Shown: piece by piece, positions 1-9,361 of the stretch | How the letters are laid out: every line of letters begins with the position of its first letter | Position numbering within the stretch: the stretch's first letter is position 1 | Virus record (IMG/VR): IMGVR_UViG_3300014205_000006 | Coordinates: 1 to 64,000 of that record | Origin: a virus | Taxonomy: Duplodnaviria > Caudoviricetes | Length of the DNA: 64,000 bases | Direction: 5' to 3' (one strand) | Translations under genes and position numbers: made by a program | The notes under the pieces: model-generated | What the model was told of the DNA's origin: nothing | The model's input: the letters and a program-made list of their open reading frames with translations, nothing else | Databases searched by the model: none

Positions 1-2081
1 TCAGCGCGCTCGTCTCGGGCCTCACAGCCCTGAGCGTCGCGATGGCGGCTGGCGCGCTCGCAGCGATGGATCTCACGGCCACGATGTGGGGACTCTCGGC
101 GGCCATCGTGGGCAACCCCGCGACGTGGGCCATTCTCGCCGTGGCGGTGGTCGCCGGGGCTGCCGCTTATCTGGTCATGCGAAGCAATGCCAACCAAGCC
201 AAGGAGGCGGTCGAGGCCTCGACCAAGGCTGTGCAGGACTTCCAAGCGATGGGGCTCACGCCGCTGGAGGCGACGCTTGCCGCGACCGAGCGCGCCCAGC
301 GCACCTTGAACTCCACGCAACTGGACGCGACCGGCGGCACAATGGCGGCGAGCAAGGCGTCGGGCGAGTACCGCGAGAAGGTGGGCGACCTTGAGCGGGA
401 GTTGGCCCAGTACGATGAGCAACTGTCCAAGAACATCACGTCATCTGACGACGTCAACAAGGTGCTCGCCGCGCTCGGTCTGACGATGGCAGACCTGTCG
501 GACGGGAAGCACCCGAAGTTGCTGGAGGCCTCGCGGCGCTACGTTGACGCACAGGGCAACGCGACTGACGTGATCCGCCGGGCAGTGCAAGTCCAGCAGG
601 AGCACACCAAGGCCCTCGCCCAGATGGGCGCTCAGGCGATGGCGACGGCGATGAGCGTGGACTTCCTCAAGTCCACCGTCGAGGGCCTCAGCATCGAGGA
701 GGCGAATGACCGCTGGGACTTCATGGTCGGTCAGGTCGCCGGCAAGATTGCGGACGAGGAGAGGGTCAAGGCTCTCACCGAAGGTCTGCTGAACTCCGCC
801 GGGGCGCAGTACGCCGAGGAAGCGAGCCAGACCAACGGCGGGCGTCCGGTTGAGAACCCGTACCTGACGCAAGCGCAGAAGGATGCCATCGCCAAGGCGA
901 AGCAGGAAGCCGACAAGGCAGCGGCGGACGCCGAGCGTGCGGGCAAGGAAGCCGCCGCGTTCCAAGCGTCGCTGCCGATGAACCCCAGCGCGCTCGCCGA
1001 GTTCATCGCCTCGCGCTCCGGCGGCTCCCTCAGCATCCCCGGCTTGGAGGTTGGCGGTCTGCGCGACCTGAGCCTCGGCGCTCTGAACATGAACACTGAC
1101 GGGGCCCTCTCCGACGCCGACATCACGCGCCTTCAGGAGTACGTGAAGAACCTGAACATCCTGAAGGTGAACCTCTCTGCCCAGGCGGCTCAGGCCAAGT
1201 TGGCGGGCCAGCACACAGAGGACTTCGAGAAGGCCATCAGCAGCCTCGGTGTCGTGGAGCAGGTCGTGAACGGCGCGCTCGCCCCGTACACCGAGCGCAT
1301 CAAGGAGATGGAGGCTGCGACCAAGGCCGCGACCGAGGCGGCCAAGAAGCACGCCGACATGGTACAGAACGAGATGGCGGCGGCATACCTGAAGGGCGGC
1401 ATCGCCGCCGCGAACGCGAAGCAGAATGAACTCCTCGCCCTCGACCGCCTGTGGGCAGATGAAGTCCGACAGGCCGAGAAGTACGGCATCAAACTCAACG
1501 ATGTCAACCGGGCGACGTGGGAGACCATGCGCAAGGACAGCGAGAAGGCCCGCTTTGAGTTGACCAAGGCGCTCTGGGGCGGCTCGGCGGGCGTGCAGGG
1601 CGGCGATGTGAAGCAAGCCGTTGCCCTTGCGATTCTCGCCACTGCCCCGTCTGGCTCCTCCACCGAGTTGGACAAGGAGGGGCGTTCTACTGGCCGCGTG
1701 ATCGGCCCTGACGGAACGGTCTACGACAAGCCCCTTCCCGCCACGCCGCCGCCCGCGCCGCCGTCCGACCCCGCAGCAGCCGGGACGGGCGCGGGCGAGG
1801 CCAAGACCAACGTCGCGGCGGGCGGCGTCGGGCTTGTGACGGGCGGCGTCGGCGTTGTGAGCCCCGGCGCGATTGGCACCGTCGCCTCGGGCGGCGTCGG
1901 TCAAATCGGCGAGGGCGGCATCGGCGTGAACTCGGGCAAGGTGGTCCAGGCGGGAGGCATCGACAACGTGGACCAGCAAGCGGTCGGCGGCGGCATCATC
2001 TCGAACGGGCCCATCTACATCACGGTCGAGCAGACGCCTTCGATCAGCGCGGGCGACTCCGGCCCGGCGGGGACGCCGTAA
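1..2081 (+). CDS. Tape measure protein, C-terminal part (5' truncated by window)
   Basis: Long Ala-rich helical ORF with a hydrophobic segment (IVGNPATWAILAVAVVAGAAAYL), directly upstream of a Dit-like gene; frame appears open to the window edge. Confidence 0.8.
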   Translation, partial: SALVSGLTALSVAMAAGALAAMDLTATMWGLSAAIVGNPATWAILAVAVVAGAAAYLVMRSNANQAKEAVEASTKAVQDFQAMGLTPLEATLAATERAQRTLNSTQLDATGGTMAASKASGEYREKVGDLERELAQYDEQLSKNITSSDDVNKVLAALGLTMADLSDGKHPKLLEASRRYVDAQGNATDVIRRAVQVQQEHTKALAQMGAQAMATAMSVDFLKSTVEGLSIEEANDRWDFMVGQVAGKIADEERVKALTEGLLNSAGAQYAEEASQTNGGRPVENPYLTQAQKDAIAKAKQEADKAAADAERAGKEAAAFQASLPMNPSALAEFIASRSGGSLSIPGLEVGGLRDLSLGALNMNTDGALSDADITRLQEYVKNLNILKVNLSAQAAQAKLAGQHTEDFEKAISSLGVVEQVVNGALAPYTERIKEMEAATKAATEAAKKHADMVQNEMAAAYLKGGIAAANAKQNELLALDRLWADEVRQAEKYGIKLNDVNRATWETMRKDSEKARFELTKALWGGSAGVQGGDVKQAVALAILATAPSGSSTELDKEGRSTGRVIGPDGTVYDKPLPATPPPAPPSDPAAAGTGAGEAKTNVAAGGVGLVTGGVGVVSPGAIGTVASGGVGQIGEGGIGVNSGKVVQAGGIDNVDQQAVGGGIISNGPIYITVEQTPSISAGDSGPAGTP

Positions 2082-3604
2082 TGTCGGGCCTCACATACGC
2101 CTTCGGCAGGACGGACAACGACACCACCGAGTCCGGCACGCTCATCACGCGCGTCGCCGGGCAGTTCACGTCGCCGTTCACGGCATGTCCCGTCCGCGTC
2201 GCGTCTACGCACCGTCAGCGGCTCACGGTCAGCAGCAGCCAGATCACGCCGACCACCGGCGCGGTCGGCATCTACTTCACGCCCGACAACAACTATGGCG
2301 GCCCGTCCCAGCCCGCGACCGGCGTGATGTGGTCGTGGTACACCGACGCGAACAACTACATCGAACTCGTCTACAACAAGGCGGCGACCCGGTGGGAGTT
2401 GCGCCGCTATGCGGCAGGTGCGGGCAGCACGATCACCACCATCGACACGACCTTCGCGGCGGGCGTCGGGCGCTTCATCTACATGCAGTGGGACGCTACC
2501 ACGATTGGGCTGTCGGTCGCGGGCTCGGCTGTGACGTCAACCGCCAACACGAACATCCCGACGCTCCCCACGACTGTGGACATCGGCAGCCGGGCGGCTG
2601 CGAGCGATTTCGAGGCGCGCTATGACGCGGTCTTGTGCTGCAGCGCGGCGCTGACGGCGACGCAGATTGCCCAGTTCAACGCGCTGGTCGCGTCTCGCCC
2701 GCCGCTGTTCGGGGAGTTCGTCAACGAGACGATGACCCTGCTCTGGTATGGCGCCAACTCCCGGTACTGGACGCTCGCGGCGGGCGGCAAGACGGTTGAC
2801 CTGCTCGGGCAGACCGGCGTGAAGATCAGCACGATCAACGGCATGGGCGTCCCGGCGATGGAGCACCGCAACGTTGAGACGCCGCTCCGCGACGGCGCAT
2901 CCTACATCGACAGCCGGATGCGGACGCGCAGTATCCGCCTCGGGGCCCGAGTGTACGGTCACTCCGCCGCGACCTTCCAGACGGCGCGCCGAGCGCTCTT
3001 GTCGAAGTTGAACCCGCGCCTCGGGCAGGGCATTTTGATGTACGCGCCCGACGCGCAGTGCTACGAGGTCGATGCGGTCGTGGATGAGTTCAGCCTGAGC
3101 GACCATCAAGCGAATGTCCCGCGCCTCCAGACGCCGAACATCGCCTTCAAGTGCTTCGACCCCGCCATCCGGGTCAGCGCGCTGAACGAGACGCTCCAGA
3201 CCGTCCCGGCGGGCGGCTGGTCCATCCCGTGGAGCATCCCGTGGAGCATCACGCAGAGCGCGGTCACCTTCAACTTCACCAATGACGGCGACGTTGACGC
3301 TTGGCCCCGGTTCAGCCTGACCGCCGCCGTCGCCTCGACAGGCCCGTACTTCACGAACAACACGACCGGCAAGACGTTCGCTCTGACGGGCGGAGGCGTG
3401 CTGTCGATGGCTGCCGCCGACGTGCTTCTGGTCGACATGCTCAACCGGACGGCGACCATCGCCGGGGCGAACAAGTACTCATACCGGAGCGACGCATCGC
3501 AGATGTGGCCGCTCGTGCCCGGAGTCAACAGCGTGACCATCGGCGTCGCGACCGGGAGCGCTGAAGCGCTCATGCGTTCGTTCCGTCAACTCATAGGGGT
3601 GTAG
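2081..3604 (+). CDS. Distal tail protein (Dit) with N-terminal LamG/ConA-like domain
   Basis: Follows TMP; Dit-like motifs (RTRSIRL, FKCFDP, WSIPWSIP, NDGDVDAWP, WPLVPGVNSV); N-terminal beta-rich domain with IGSR...FEARYD. Confidence 0.75.
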   Translation: MSGLTYAFGRTDNDTTESGTLITRVAGQFTSPFTACPVRVASTHRQRLTVSSSQITPTTGAVGIYFTPDNNYGGPSQPATGVMWSWYTDANNYIELVYNKAATRWELRRYAAGAGSTITTIDTTFAAGVGRFIYMQWDATTIGLSVAGSAVTSTANTNIPTLPTTVDIGSRAAASDFEARYDAVLCCSAALTATQIAQFNALVASRPPLFGEFVNETMTLLWYGANSRYWTLAAGGKTVDLLGQTGVKISTINGMGVPAMEHRNVETPLRDGASYIDSRMRTRSIRLGARVYGHSAATFQTARRALLSKLNPRLGQGILMYAPDAQCYEVDAVVDEFSLSDHQANVPRLQTPNIAFKCFDPAIRVSALNETLQTVPAGGWSIPWSIPWSITQSAVTFNFTNDGDVDAWPRFSLTAAVASTGPYFTNNTTGKTFALTGGGVLSMAAADVLLVDMLNRTATIAGANKYSYRSDASQMWPLVPGVNSVTIGVATGSAEALMRSFRQLIGV

Positions 3605-3605
3605 C

Positions 3606-4805
3606 ATGGCTGAGAGTTCTTTCCTGTGGGATGCGGACGGCGGCGGCGACGAGTCGCCGCACTCCGAGGCCGATGTCACGGCGATGTTCAACGCCTTCAT
3701 GGGCGGTAGCGGCGTCATCTTCGGGATTCTCAACTCCCTCGCGCCGAGCGTGAACGGCAGCGACATCCGCATCGCGTCGGGCTGGGCGATGGTGGACGGC
3801 CACCCGTATCGCAACAGCGCGACGCTCGACACGGCTGTCGTTCAGCCGTCTGTCGGCACGACCGGACGGCGCATGGTGCTGCAGTGCACGTGGGGCGCGA
3901 CGCAGACCGTGCGCATCGCGGAGATCAGCAGCGCTGACGGCACGGCGACCATCCCCGCCCTGACGCAGACGCCGGGCACGCTGTACGAGATCAGCCTGTG
4001 CTCCTACACGGTGACGACGTTGAGCGTTGTCGGTTCATTCGCCGACACGCGGACGTTCTGCAACCTCAAGTCGCCCGCGTTTGACGAGATGCTCGCCCTC
4101 GGTGGAGGGGCCCTTGCCGCACCGACCGGCCTCTCTGCCTATGGTCGCATCGGCGTCATCGGCTTCCACTCCCGCATGTCCTCGCCCATCTATGACACCA
4201 ACGCCTACAACACTATCCTCGATGGCGGCGTGCAGGCTTGGTGCTCGACCGTAACCATCAATCCCATTGCGTCGATGGCGAACGGGATCACGACGCTCAA
4301 CACCGGCGCGGGCGGTGCGGGGTCCAGCTTCGGCATCGGGCCGCAGACCATCCCCGCTGGCACGGCGGCTGTGAACATCTTCGTCGCTCCCGACCGTTCG
4401 CCGTGGATGAGGTTCAAGTTCAACCCGACCGCTGCTGGTCACGCCAACATCACGCAAATCGCGGTCGGGTTCATGCAAGGCATCTCCGGCACGACGCAAG
4501 AGGGCGTGTACATCCGACGTAGCACGACCGGCAACCTGTTCTTCGTCACTCGTCAGAGCGGGGCGGAGACGGCGACCGACATGGGCACGCAGTCCAATGC
4601 TCAGCGCTGGTATGACATCTGGACGCCGGACGCAGGCGTGACATGGCACTGCTATGACCACACGGCGGGCACGCTGTACACGCACACCACGAACGTCCCG
4701 ACCGCAACGGTTGACCTCAACCCTCACGGTCGCATCATCATCAGCGGCGCGGTCGCCGGGCAGTTCGCAATGTCGGCGCTGTACGTCTGCGCGCTGGACG
4801 AGTAG
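3606..4805 (+). CDS. Minor tail / tail fibre (receptor-binding) protein
   Basis: N-terminal IRIASGWAMVDG...PALTQTPGTLYEISL, typical of siphophage minor tail proteins; Gly/Thr-rich beta C-terminus. Confidence 0.65.
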   Translation: MAESSFLWDADGGGDESPHSEADVTAMFNAFMGGSGVIFGILNSLAPSVNGSDIRIASGWAMVDGHPYRNSATLDTAVVQPSVGTTGRRMVLQCTWGATQTVRIAEISSADGTATIPALTQTPGTLYEISLCSYTVTTLSVVGSFADTRTFCNLKSPAFDEMLALGGGALAAPTGLSAYGRIGVIGFHSRMSSPIYDTNAYNTILDGGVQAWCSTVTINPIASMANGITTLNTGAGGAGSSFGIGPQTIPAGTAAVNIFVAPDRSPWMRFKFNPTAAGHANITQIAVGFMQGISGTTQEGVYIRRSTTGNLFFVTRQSGAETATDMGTQSNAQRWYDIWTPDAGVTWHCYDHTAGTLYTHTTNVPTATVDLNPHGRIIISGAVAGQFAMSALYVCALDE

Positions 4806-4808
4806 GAG

Positions 4809-5270
4809 ATGGCAATGTTCATCAAGTTCGCGCAAGTCCCCGCCGCCCTCGGCGACGGCAAGCAAGTCCGCAACGCGTCATACCGCAACGACGGCAGCGA
4901 GTGGGTCGCTGAGTCAGATGAGGCGCTCCTCGGCGCGGAAGTCTTGAGCGAGGAGCAGTACATCGCGGCGGTCGCGGCGAATGAGGCCTACAACGAGGCC
5001 AACCCCGACACGCCGCCCGAGCCGACGCCCGCGCCGAACATCGGCAACTTCCGCCTCGCCGTGTTCGCCGACGCGCCGGTGGGCGTGGGCAAGCAGAAGG
5101 CGCGTGCCCTCGCGAGGGACTACCCTGACTCGCAAGTCGGGCTGGACCAAGGCAACTGGGCCGTCGTGCGCGGGGCGCTCGCCGATATGCTCGCTGACGC
5201 TGCCGTGACGCAGGAGGAGCACGACCGCATCGAGTCCCTCATGGCGCAGTTCAACATCCCCGAGGCCTGA
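4809..5270 (+). CDS. Tail-associated hypothetical protein (possible fibre assembly chaperone)
   Basis: Follows the fibre gene; acidic with a PPEPTP linker. Confidence 0.45.
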   Translation: MAMFIKFAQVPAALGDGKQVRNASYRNDGSEWVAESDEALLGAEVLSEEQYIAAVAANEAYNEANPDTPPEPTPAPNIGNFRLAVFADAPVGVGKQKARALARDYPDSQVGLDQGNWAVVRGALADMLADAAVTQEEHDRIESLMAQFNIPEA

Positions 5271-5272
5271 TC

Positions 5273-5473
5273 ATGAGCAAGTGGCGCGCCGTCTGGATTC
5301 TGATCTTCATCGTCGGCGGCGCGGTCGAGTTCGCGGCGCTCGCCAATGACGCGCCCGACGACACGCTGAGCGAGCAGGTCTGGGCGCTCCTTGTCCTGTA
5401 CCCGGCGCTTGACGCTGTGATCGCGGCGGCGCTCGTGTGGTTGATCGTGCACTTCATCCGGCGGCCAAAGTGA
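5273..5473 (+). CDS. Small two-TM membrane protein
   Basis: Two hydrophobic helices, basic C-terminus; stop overlaps the next start (GTGA). Confidence 0.6.
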   Translation: MSKWRAVWILIFIVGGAVEFAALANDAPDDTLSEQVWALLVLYPALDAVIAAALVWLIVHFIRRPK

Positions 5474-6633
5474 CCTACCAGACGCCTGAGTATCAGTTCT
5501 TCATCCGCAACCTCCGCACGCTCGCGTACGTGGACGAGATCAACCCTGCTGACGTCGAGGCGGCGAGTTGGAAGCGCATGTTCCGGGGCGGCGGCGCTTG
5601 GGTCATGACCCTGCCGCTGGACGACCGCTACACGGCCACGCTCCTCGCCACACACCAGCTGATCCATGTCGTGCGCAACGGCGCGACCGAGTTCATCGGC
5701 GTCATCATGCTGCGCAAGGTCAACGCACTCGGCAAGAAGTGGGTGATCGGCGGGCCCGACCTAACCTCATACTGGCTCTCGCAACGCATCGTCGGCGAGA
5801 CGACGGCAGACGACGTTGACGGCATCGGCGAGACGGTCGCCAAGGCATACGTGGAGGCGTACCTTGGCCCCAGCGCGGCAGCGGCGCGGAGGGGGACTGC
5901 CTACCTCTCGGGCAAGACCTTCACCGTCGCCGCCGATGACGCGCGCGGCTCCTATGTCTACTCCCCGGCGAACCGCATGGGGCTCCTCGCCGTCACACAG
6001 TCCGTCTGCGAGGCGGCTGAACTCTGCCAAGAGGTCACGATGACCGCTGACGGGTACGAGTATGACGTGACGGAGATTGCCGACCACACGAGCGCGGCGG
6101 GTGAGATTCCCTTCAGCGTCGCGTGGGACAACGTCGAGGGCTTGGAGTTCAGCGAGGACTACACCAACCATCGCAACTATCACTTCGTCGCGGGCGACGG
6201 CTCCGGCGGCGCTCGCAACGTGACGGAGGTCGAGGACACGGCGAGCATCTCGGCGGGCGACATGCGCTGGGAGCAGGTGATTGACGCGCCGTTCGCAACC
6301 ACAGTTGATCAACGGGCGACAGTCGGCGGGCTGGAGATTCTCCGTCGCCGCCGTTCCATCGTGACCGTGAAGGCCAAGCCCTTCCGGGCGAGTCAGAACA
6401 GCGTGTACCGTGAGGACTTCAATGTCGGCTGGAAGGTGACCTTCGCAGAGCCGCGACTGCGCGCCGAGGCGATTGACCTTCCCATCGCCGCTGTGTCAGT
6501 CGCCATCTCGCACTCTGGCCAGAACCCCGTCGAGGATGTGTCATTCGACCTCGGCGTGGCCAATCCGGATTCCATCATGAGGCGCTACCAAGAGGCGATT
6601 GCGGCGATGCAAGCGAGCCTCGCGGCCCGATAG
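5470..6633 (+). CDS. Siphovirus ReqiPepy6 Gp37-like minor tail (hub/Tal-like) protein
   Basis: GTG start at 5470; motifs W.R...GGG.W.MTL, L.QRIV, FS..WDNV..LE.S.D, VAGDG.GG.R, Y..DF.VG.KVT. Confidence 0.7.
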   Translation: MTYQTPEYQFFIRNLRTLAYVDEINPADVEAASWKRMFRGGGAWVMTLPLDDRYTATLLATHQLIHVVRNGATEFIGVIMLRKVNALGKKWVIGGPDLTSYWLSQRIVGETTADDVDGIGETVAKAYVEAYLGPSAAAARRGTAYLSGKTFTVAADDARGSYVYSPANRMGLLAVTQSVCEAAELCQEVTMTADGYEYDVTEIADHTSAAGEIPFSVAWDNVEGLEFSEDYTNHRNYHFVAGDGSGGARNVTEVEDTASISAGDMRWEQVIDAPFATTVDQRATVGGLEILRRRRSIVTVKAKPFRASQNSVYREDFNVGWKVTFAEPRLRAEAIDLPIAAVSVAISHSGQNPVEDVSFDLGVANPDSIMRRYQEAIAAMQASLAAR

Positions 6634-6638
6634 TTCAG

Positions 6639-6660
6639 CCAACAGTCACGACGCTAACCT
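6639..6660 (+). promoter_or_regulatory. Candidate late promoter (CCAACAGTC-N7-TAACCT)
   Basis: Matches the motif before the portal gene (62851-62872) and at 32701-32722. Confidence 0.4.
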
Positions 6661-6697
6661 TTCGAGGCTGGCGGCAAACGGTTTCCAAGGAGCAATC

Positions 6698-7171
6698 ATG
6701 GCGGCACGGCCCGTTTCGACCCGATCCACTTTGGTCTACTACCTCAGCGGGCGTCGGATGATCGACAGGCTCACGGCTCAAGGGCGGCACGTCAATATGA
6801 CGGCCAGCGAGCCGATTTCAGCCCTCGTCATGGGCTGGTGGGGATTCGTCCTGCTCCCCGGCGGGCCAGTCCCCTCGCCCGACGCTCTGGCCGGACTCGA
6901 CGGCCTCATCTCCTCAATCTGGTGGGGAGCCTTCGCCCTCGTGATCGCCTCCACGCAACTCGCCGGGATCAGCGCGGCTTGGCTGGGCTTCTTCCCGCCG
7001 CTGCGTGCGCTCCGCGTCATGAGCCTGTACGCGACGGCCTTCTGGTTCATCGCGCTCGCACTCGGGCTCGCCCTCTCCGGCCTCCAGATTGCCCCGGTCG
7101 CGTACGGGTCATTCGCCGTCCACGCCGCCCTCAACGCGCGGAGGGCCTACCTGAATGGACACGGCTTGTGA
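6698..7171 (+). CDS. Four-TM membrane protein (lysis cassette candidate)
   Basis: AAGGAG RBS then ATG 6698; four hydrophobic segments. Confidence 0.65.
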   Translation: MAARPVSTRSTLVYYLSGRRMIDRLTAQGRHVNMTASEPISALVMGWWGFVLLPGGPVPSPDALAGLDGLISSIWWGAFALVIASTQLAGISAAWLGFFPPLRALRVMSLYATAFWFIALALGLALSGLQIAPVAYGSFAVHAALNARRAYLNGHGL

Positions 7172-7383
7172 CGCAGGAGCAGGTTGCCGTGATCGTTCCC
7201 GTGGCGGCGATGGTCGTCACGTTGGCCCTCGGGTTGCTGAACTCGCGGAATGGCAACCGCTCCACATTCGTCAACGAGGCCAAGTCCATGATCGACTGGC
7301 AGCGCGCTCGCGCTGAAGACGCCGAGGCTGACCGCGACTACTGGAAGGGTCGCGCCGAGGCCTGTGAGCAGAGGAACCGATAA
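7168..7383 (+). CDS. Single-TM plus coiled-coil protein (lysis cassette candidate)
   Basis: GTGA overlap; N-terminal TM then charged helical tail. Confidence 0.6.
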   Translation: MTQEQVAVIVPVAAMVVTLALGLLNSRNGNRSTFVNEAKSMIDWQRARAEDAEADRDYWKGRAEACEQRNR

Positions 7384-7400
7384 CGCCCAAGGAGGGCACC

Positions 7401-7907
7401 ATGTCCATGATACGCAATTGGCTCGCCGTCGCCGTCATCGCACTACTCACGATCGGGCTGCTCGGCATGCTGCCGGGGAACGTCGGCGCTCAAGTCCCGC
7501 CGAAGGCGACCGCCACCGCCGTCTTGCCCGCCCCGCCGAAGGCACCGCTGCCGGCCAAGACCGGCAACGCGGGCTTCCATGCGACGAACGTCAACCCTTT
7601 CGCCGAGGCGTCCGATGCGGCACCGGCGTCGGGCAGCGCCATCGGACTCGCCGTGATGGTCGGTGCCGTTGTCGCTCTGATTAAGAGCGCATGGAAGGGC
7701 TCGATGGATCCGAGGGTGATCCTCGGTCTGGTCGCGCTCGTGAGCGCCGGGGCGGTCTACATCGGTCATACGTCGGGCATGCTCAGCGGGGCGACGCCTT
7801 ATGCCCTTGTCGAGCAGTGGCTCACGCTCGTGATCGGCGGCATCGGCGGACGCGAGGCCCTCGTGACCCTCGTCCCGGCGGCGAGGGAACTGCCTTCCAG
7901 AGCCTGA
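7401..7907 (+). CDS. Holin-like membrane protein with signal peptide and Pro-rich linker
   Basis: AAGGAGG RBS; N-terminal hydrophobic helix, PPKA repeats, three C-terminal TM segments; last gene before the terminator. Confidence 0.55.
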   Translation: MSMIRNWLAVAVIALLTIGLLGMLPGNVGAQVPPKATATAVLPAPPKAPLPAKTGNAGFHATNVNPFAEASDAAPASGSAIGLAVMVGAVVALIKSAWKGSMDPRVILGLVALVSAGAVYIGHTSGMLSGATPYALVEQWLTLVIGGIGGREALVTLVPAARELPSRA

Positions 7908-7908
7908 A

Positions 7909-7986
7909 CGGGCTCCTCCACCCCCTCCGGGGGAGCCTGAGCCGCCTCGGGGGTCAACTTCCAGACCTCTGAGGCGGCTCCTCTTT
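7909..7986. terminator. Double hairpin, probably bidirectional terminator
   Basis: GAGCCGCCTC(7939)...GAGGCGGCTC(7980) followed by CTCTTT, preceded by a second hairpin, at the junction of convergent operons. Confidence 0.65.
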
Positions 7987-8099
7987 GTCATCGCGAGCCC
8001 GGCGCGACCGTGAGGCCCATACGGCGAGTCAAGCCAGATGAAGAAGCCGCACATCACGATGACGAAAATGATCCAGAACAAGACAGACTCCTTTGCGGC

Positions 8100-8213
8100 C
8101 TAGCCGGGTTCATCGGGCTCATCGTCGCGCCAGAACATGCCCTTGGGCAGGGTGTCCCGGTAGTATTGAACGAGTCGGCGACCGCAGTTCGGGCAACGCC
8201 AGCGGGCAGCCAT
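8100..8213 (-). CDS. 37-aa Zn-ribbon-like protein
   Basis: MAARWRCPNCGRR...; start overlaps the stop of the upstream gene. Confidence 0.4.
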   Translation of the reverse strand: MAARWRCPNCGRRLVQYYRDTLPKGMFWRDDEPDEPG

Positions 8214-8464
8214 CAGGCGTCGGGCTCGGGCGCGGCCTCAAAGTCCGCGAGCAACAGGCCGTCAGGGTGCGCGACATCCAGGTCTGCCGTAGCGAACATC
8301 CTGAACGGATAGTCCGAGTTGAGCGCCGCCTCGCGCAGCGTCTCATCGGCGATGCGGGCGGCGGGGAAGACAAACCCGTTGTCGCTGAACGTCGCCACGA
8401 CAGCGATGAGGTTGTCGACATCGGTCTTGCCGATCACCCTGACAAGGGTGCGACGGCGCGTCAC
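8213..8464 (-). CDS. Hypothetical protein
   Basis: GTGA coupling with 8461-8832. Confidence 0.55.
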   Translation of the reverse strand: MTRRRTLVRVIGKTDVDNLIAVVATFSDNGFVFPAARIADETLREAALNSDYPFRMFATADLDVAHPDGLLLADFEAAPEPDA

Positions 8465-8832
8465 GAGGCGCTCTTGAGAGTTGAGCCGTGCGTGAATCGG
8501 GGCGCGACCGAGTGCACCCATGGGGCCTCGAACTTGTGCCCGTGGACGTTGCCGCCCTTGCACATGTGGAGCGAGTCCTCATCCTCGGCGCAGTGCTCAT
8601 CGCGCGATGCGTAGCAGTCGGCAACACTGGACACGCATGTCGCGCCGGACGGGTCGAGCACGAGCAGGATGCCGCACTCGTCTTTCGGGTTGACGGTGCA
8701 CTCGCACCCCTTGACGTGACAACCGTGCTCATCGTGGCAGATGAGGTTCTTGTGCGGGCACTCCTCGCAGTACTTCGTGCCCTTCCAACGGTCGTGATCC
8801 CACACGACCTTGCAACGCCGCTCCTCGGTCAT
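8461..8832 (-). CDS. Cys/His-rich hypothetical protein
   Basis: ATGA coupling; many CxxC and H residues. Confidence 0.6.
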   Translation of the reverse strand: MTEERRCKVVWDHDRWKGTKYCEECPHKNLICHDEHGCHVKGCECTVNPKDECGILLVLDPSGATCVSSVADCYASRDEHCAEDEDSLHMCKGGNVHGHKFEAPWVHSVAPRFTHGSTLKSAS

Positions 8833-9137
8833 GACACGTCCTCCTGCCGAATCGACATCACGTTGTCCGGGCGCTCCTCGACGGGCTTGGTGCCGGGCAC
8901 GATGTCGCCCAGCCGCTCGCCCGGCGCGGACTCGATGCGACGGAAGACATCGCCGTCCACCGGCGTCGGCGACCGGCCCGCCATCGGCCCGAGGCTGTCA
9001 AGGCGGCGGAGCGCCCAGCCCTCCAGCGCCGTCGATGCCCGCGCCGCCACGAACCGGGCGACGGCTACGGGAATCCACAGGTAGTAGACCAGCGCCACCA
9101 GGCACCAATCGAGGGCAGTCAGGGCACGCTCTTTCAT
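8829..9137 (-). CDS. Hypothetical membrane-anchored protein
   Basis: ATGA coupling; N-terminal hydrophobic helix. Confidence 0.55.
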   Translation of the reverse strand: MKERALTALDWCLVALVYYLWIPVAVARFVAARASTALEGWALRRLDSLGPMAGRSPTPVDGDVFRRIESAPGERLGDIVPGTKPVEERPDNVMSIRQEDVS

Positions 9138-9361
9138 GCGGTCACTTCCTTTGCCGCCGCAGCCGCGCGGAGCGCGACCAGTTCGCGAATCGCGTCAAGG
9201 TGCACTTGCTCGAATGTGTACCAGCGCCCATCCTTCCGCCCGGAGCAGGAGTTGACGCTGCTCCAGCCGATGAGCGTGCATCCGACTGCCGCCATCAGGC
9301 CGCGCAGTTCCTCTGCCTCGGCGCGGATGCGCTTGGTTTCTGCCTTGTCATGTCGGGTCAC
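9134..9361 (-). CDS. Hypothetical protein
   Basis: 4-nt overlaps on both sides. Confidence 0.6.
   Translation of the reverse strand: MTRHDKAETKRIRAEAEELRGLMAAVGCTLIGWSSVNSCSGRKDGRWYTFEQVHLDAIRELVALRAAAAAKEVTA

Noticed and set aside
441-1979. Long antisense ORFs (also 15361-16731, 37076-38212, 42726-44249, 61177-62520, 62887-63969)
   Set aside because: Shadows of real genes caused by high-GC codon bias; no motifs or RBS
7443-8081. Minus-strand ORF with AAGGAG RBS and hydrophobic N-terminus
   Set aside because: Runs through the terminator hairpins and antisense to the holin-like gene; only the first ~30 codons look plausible
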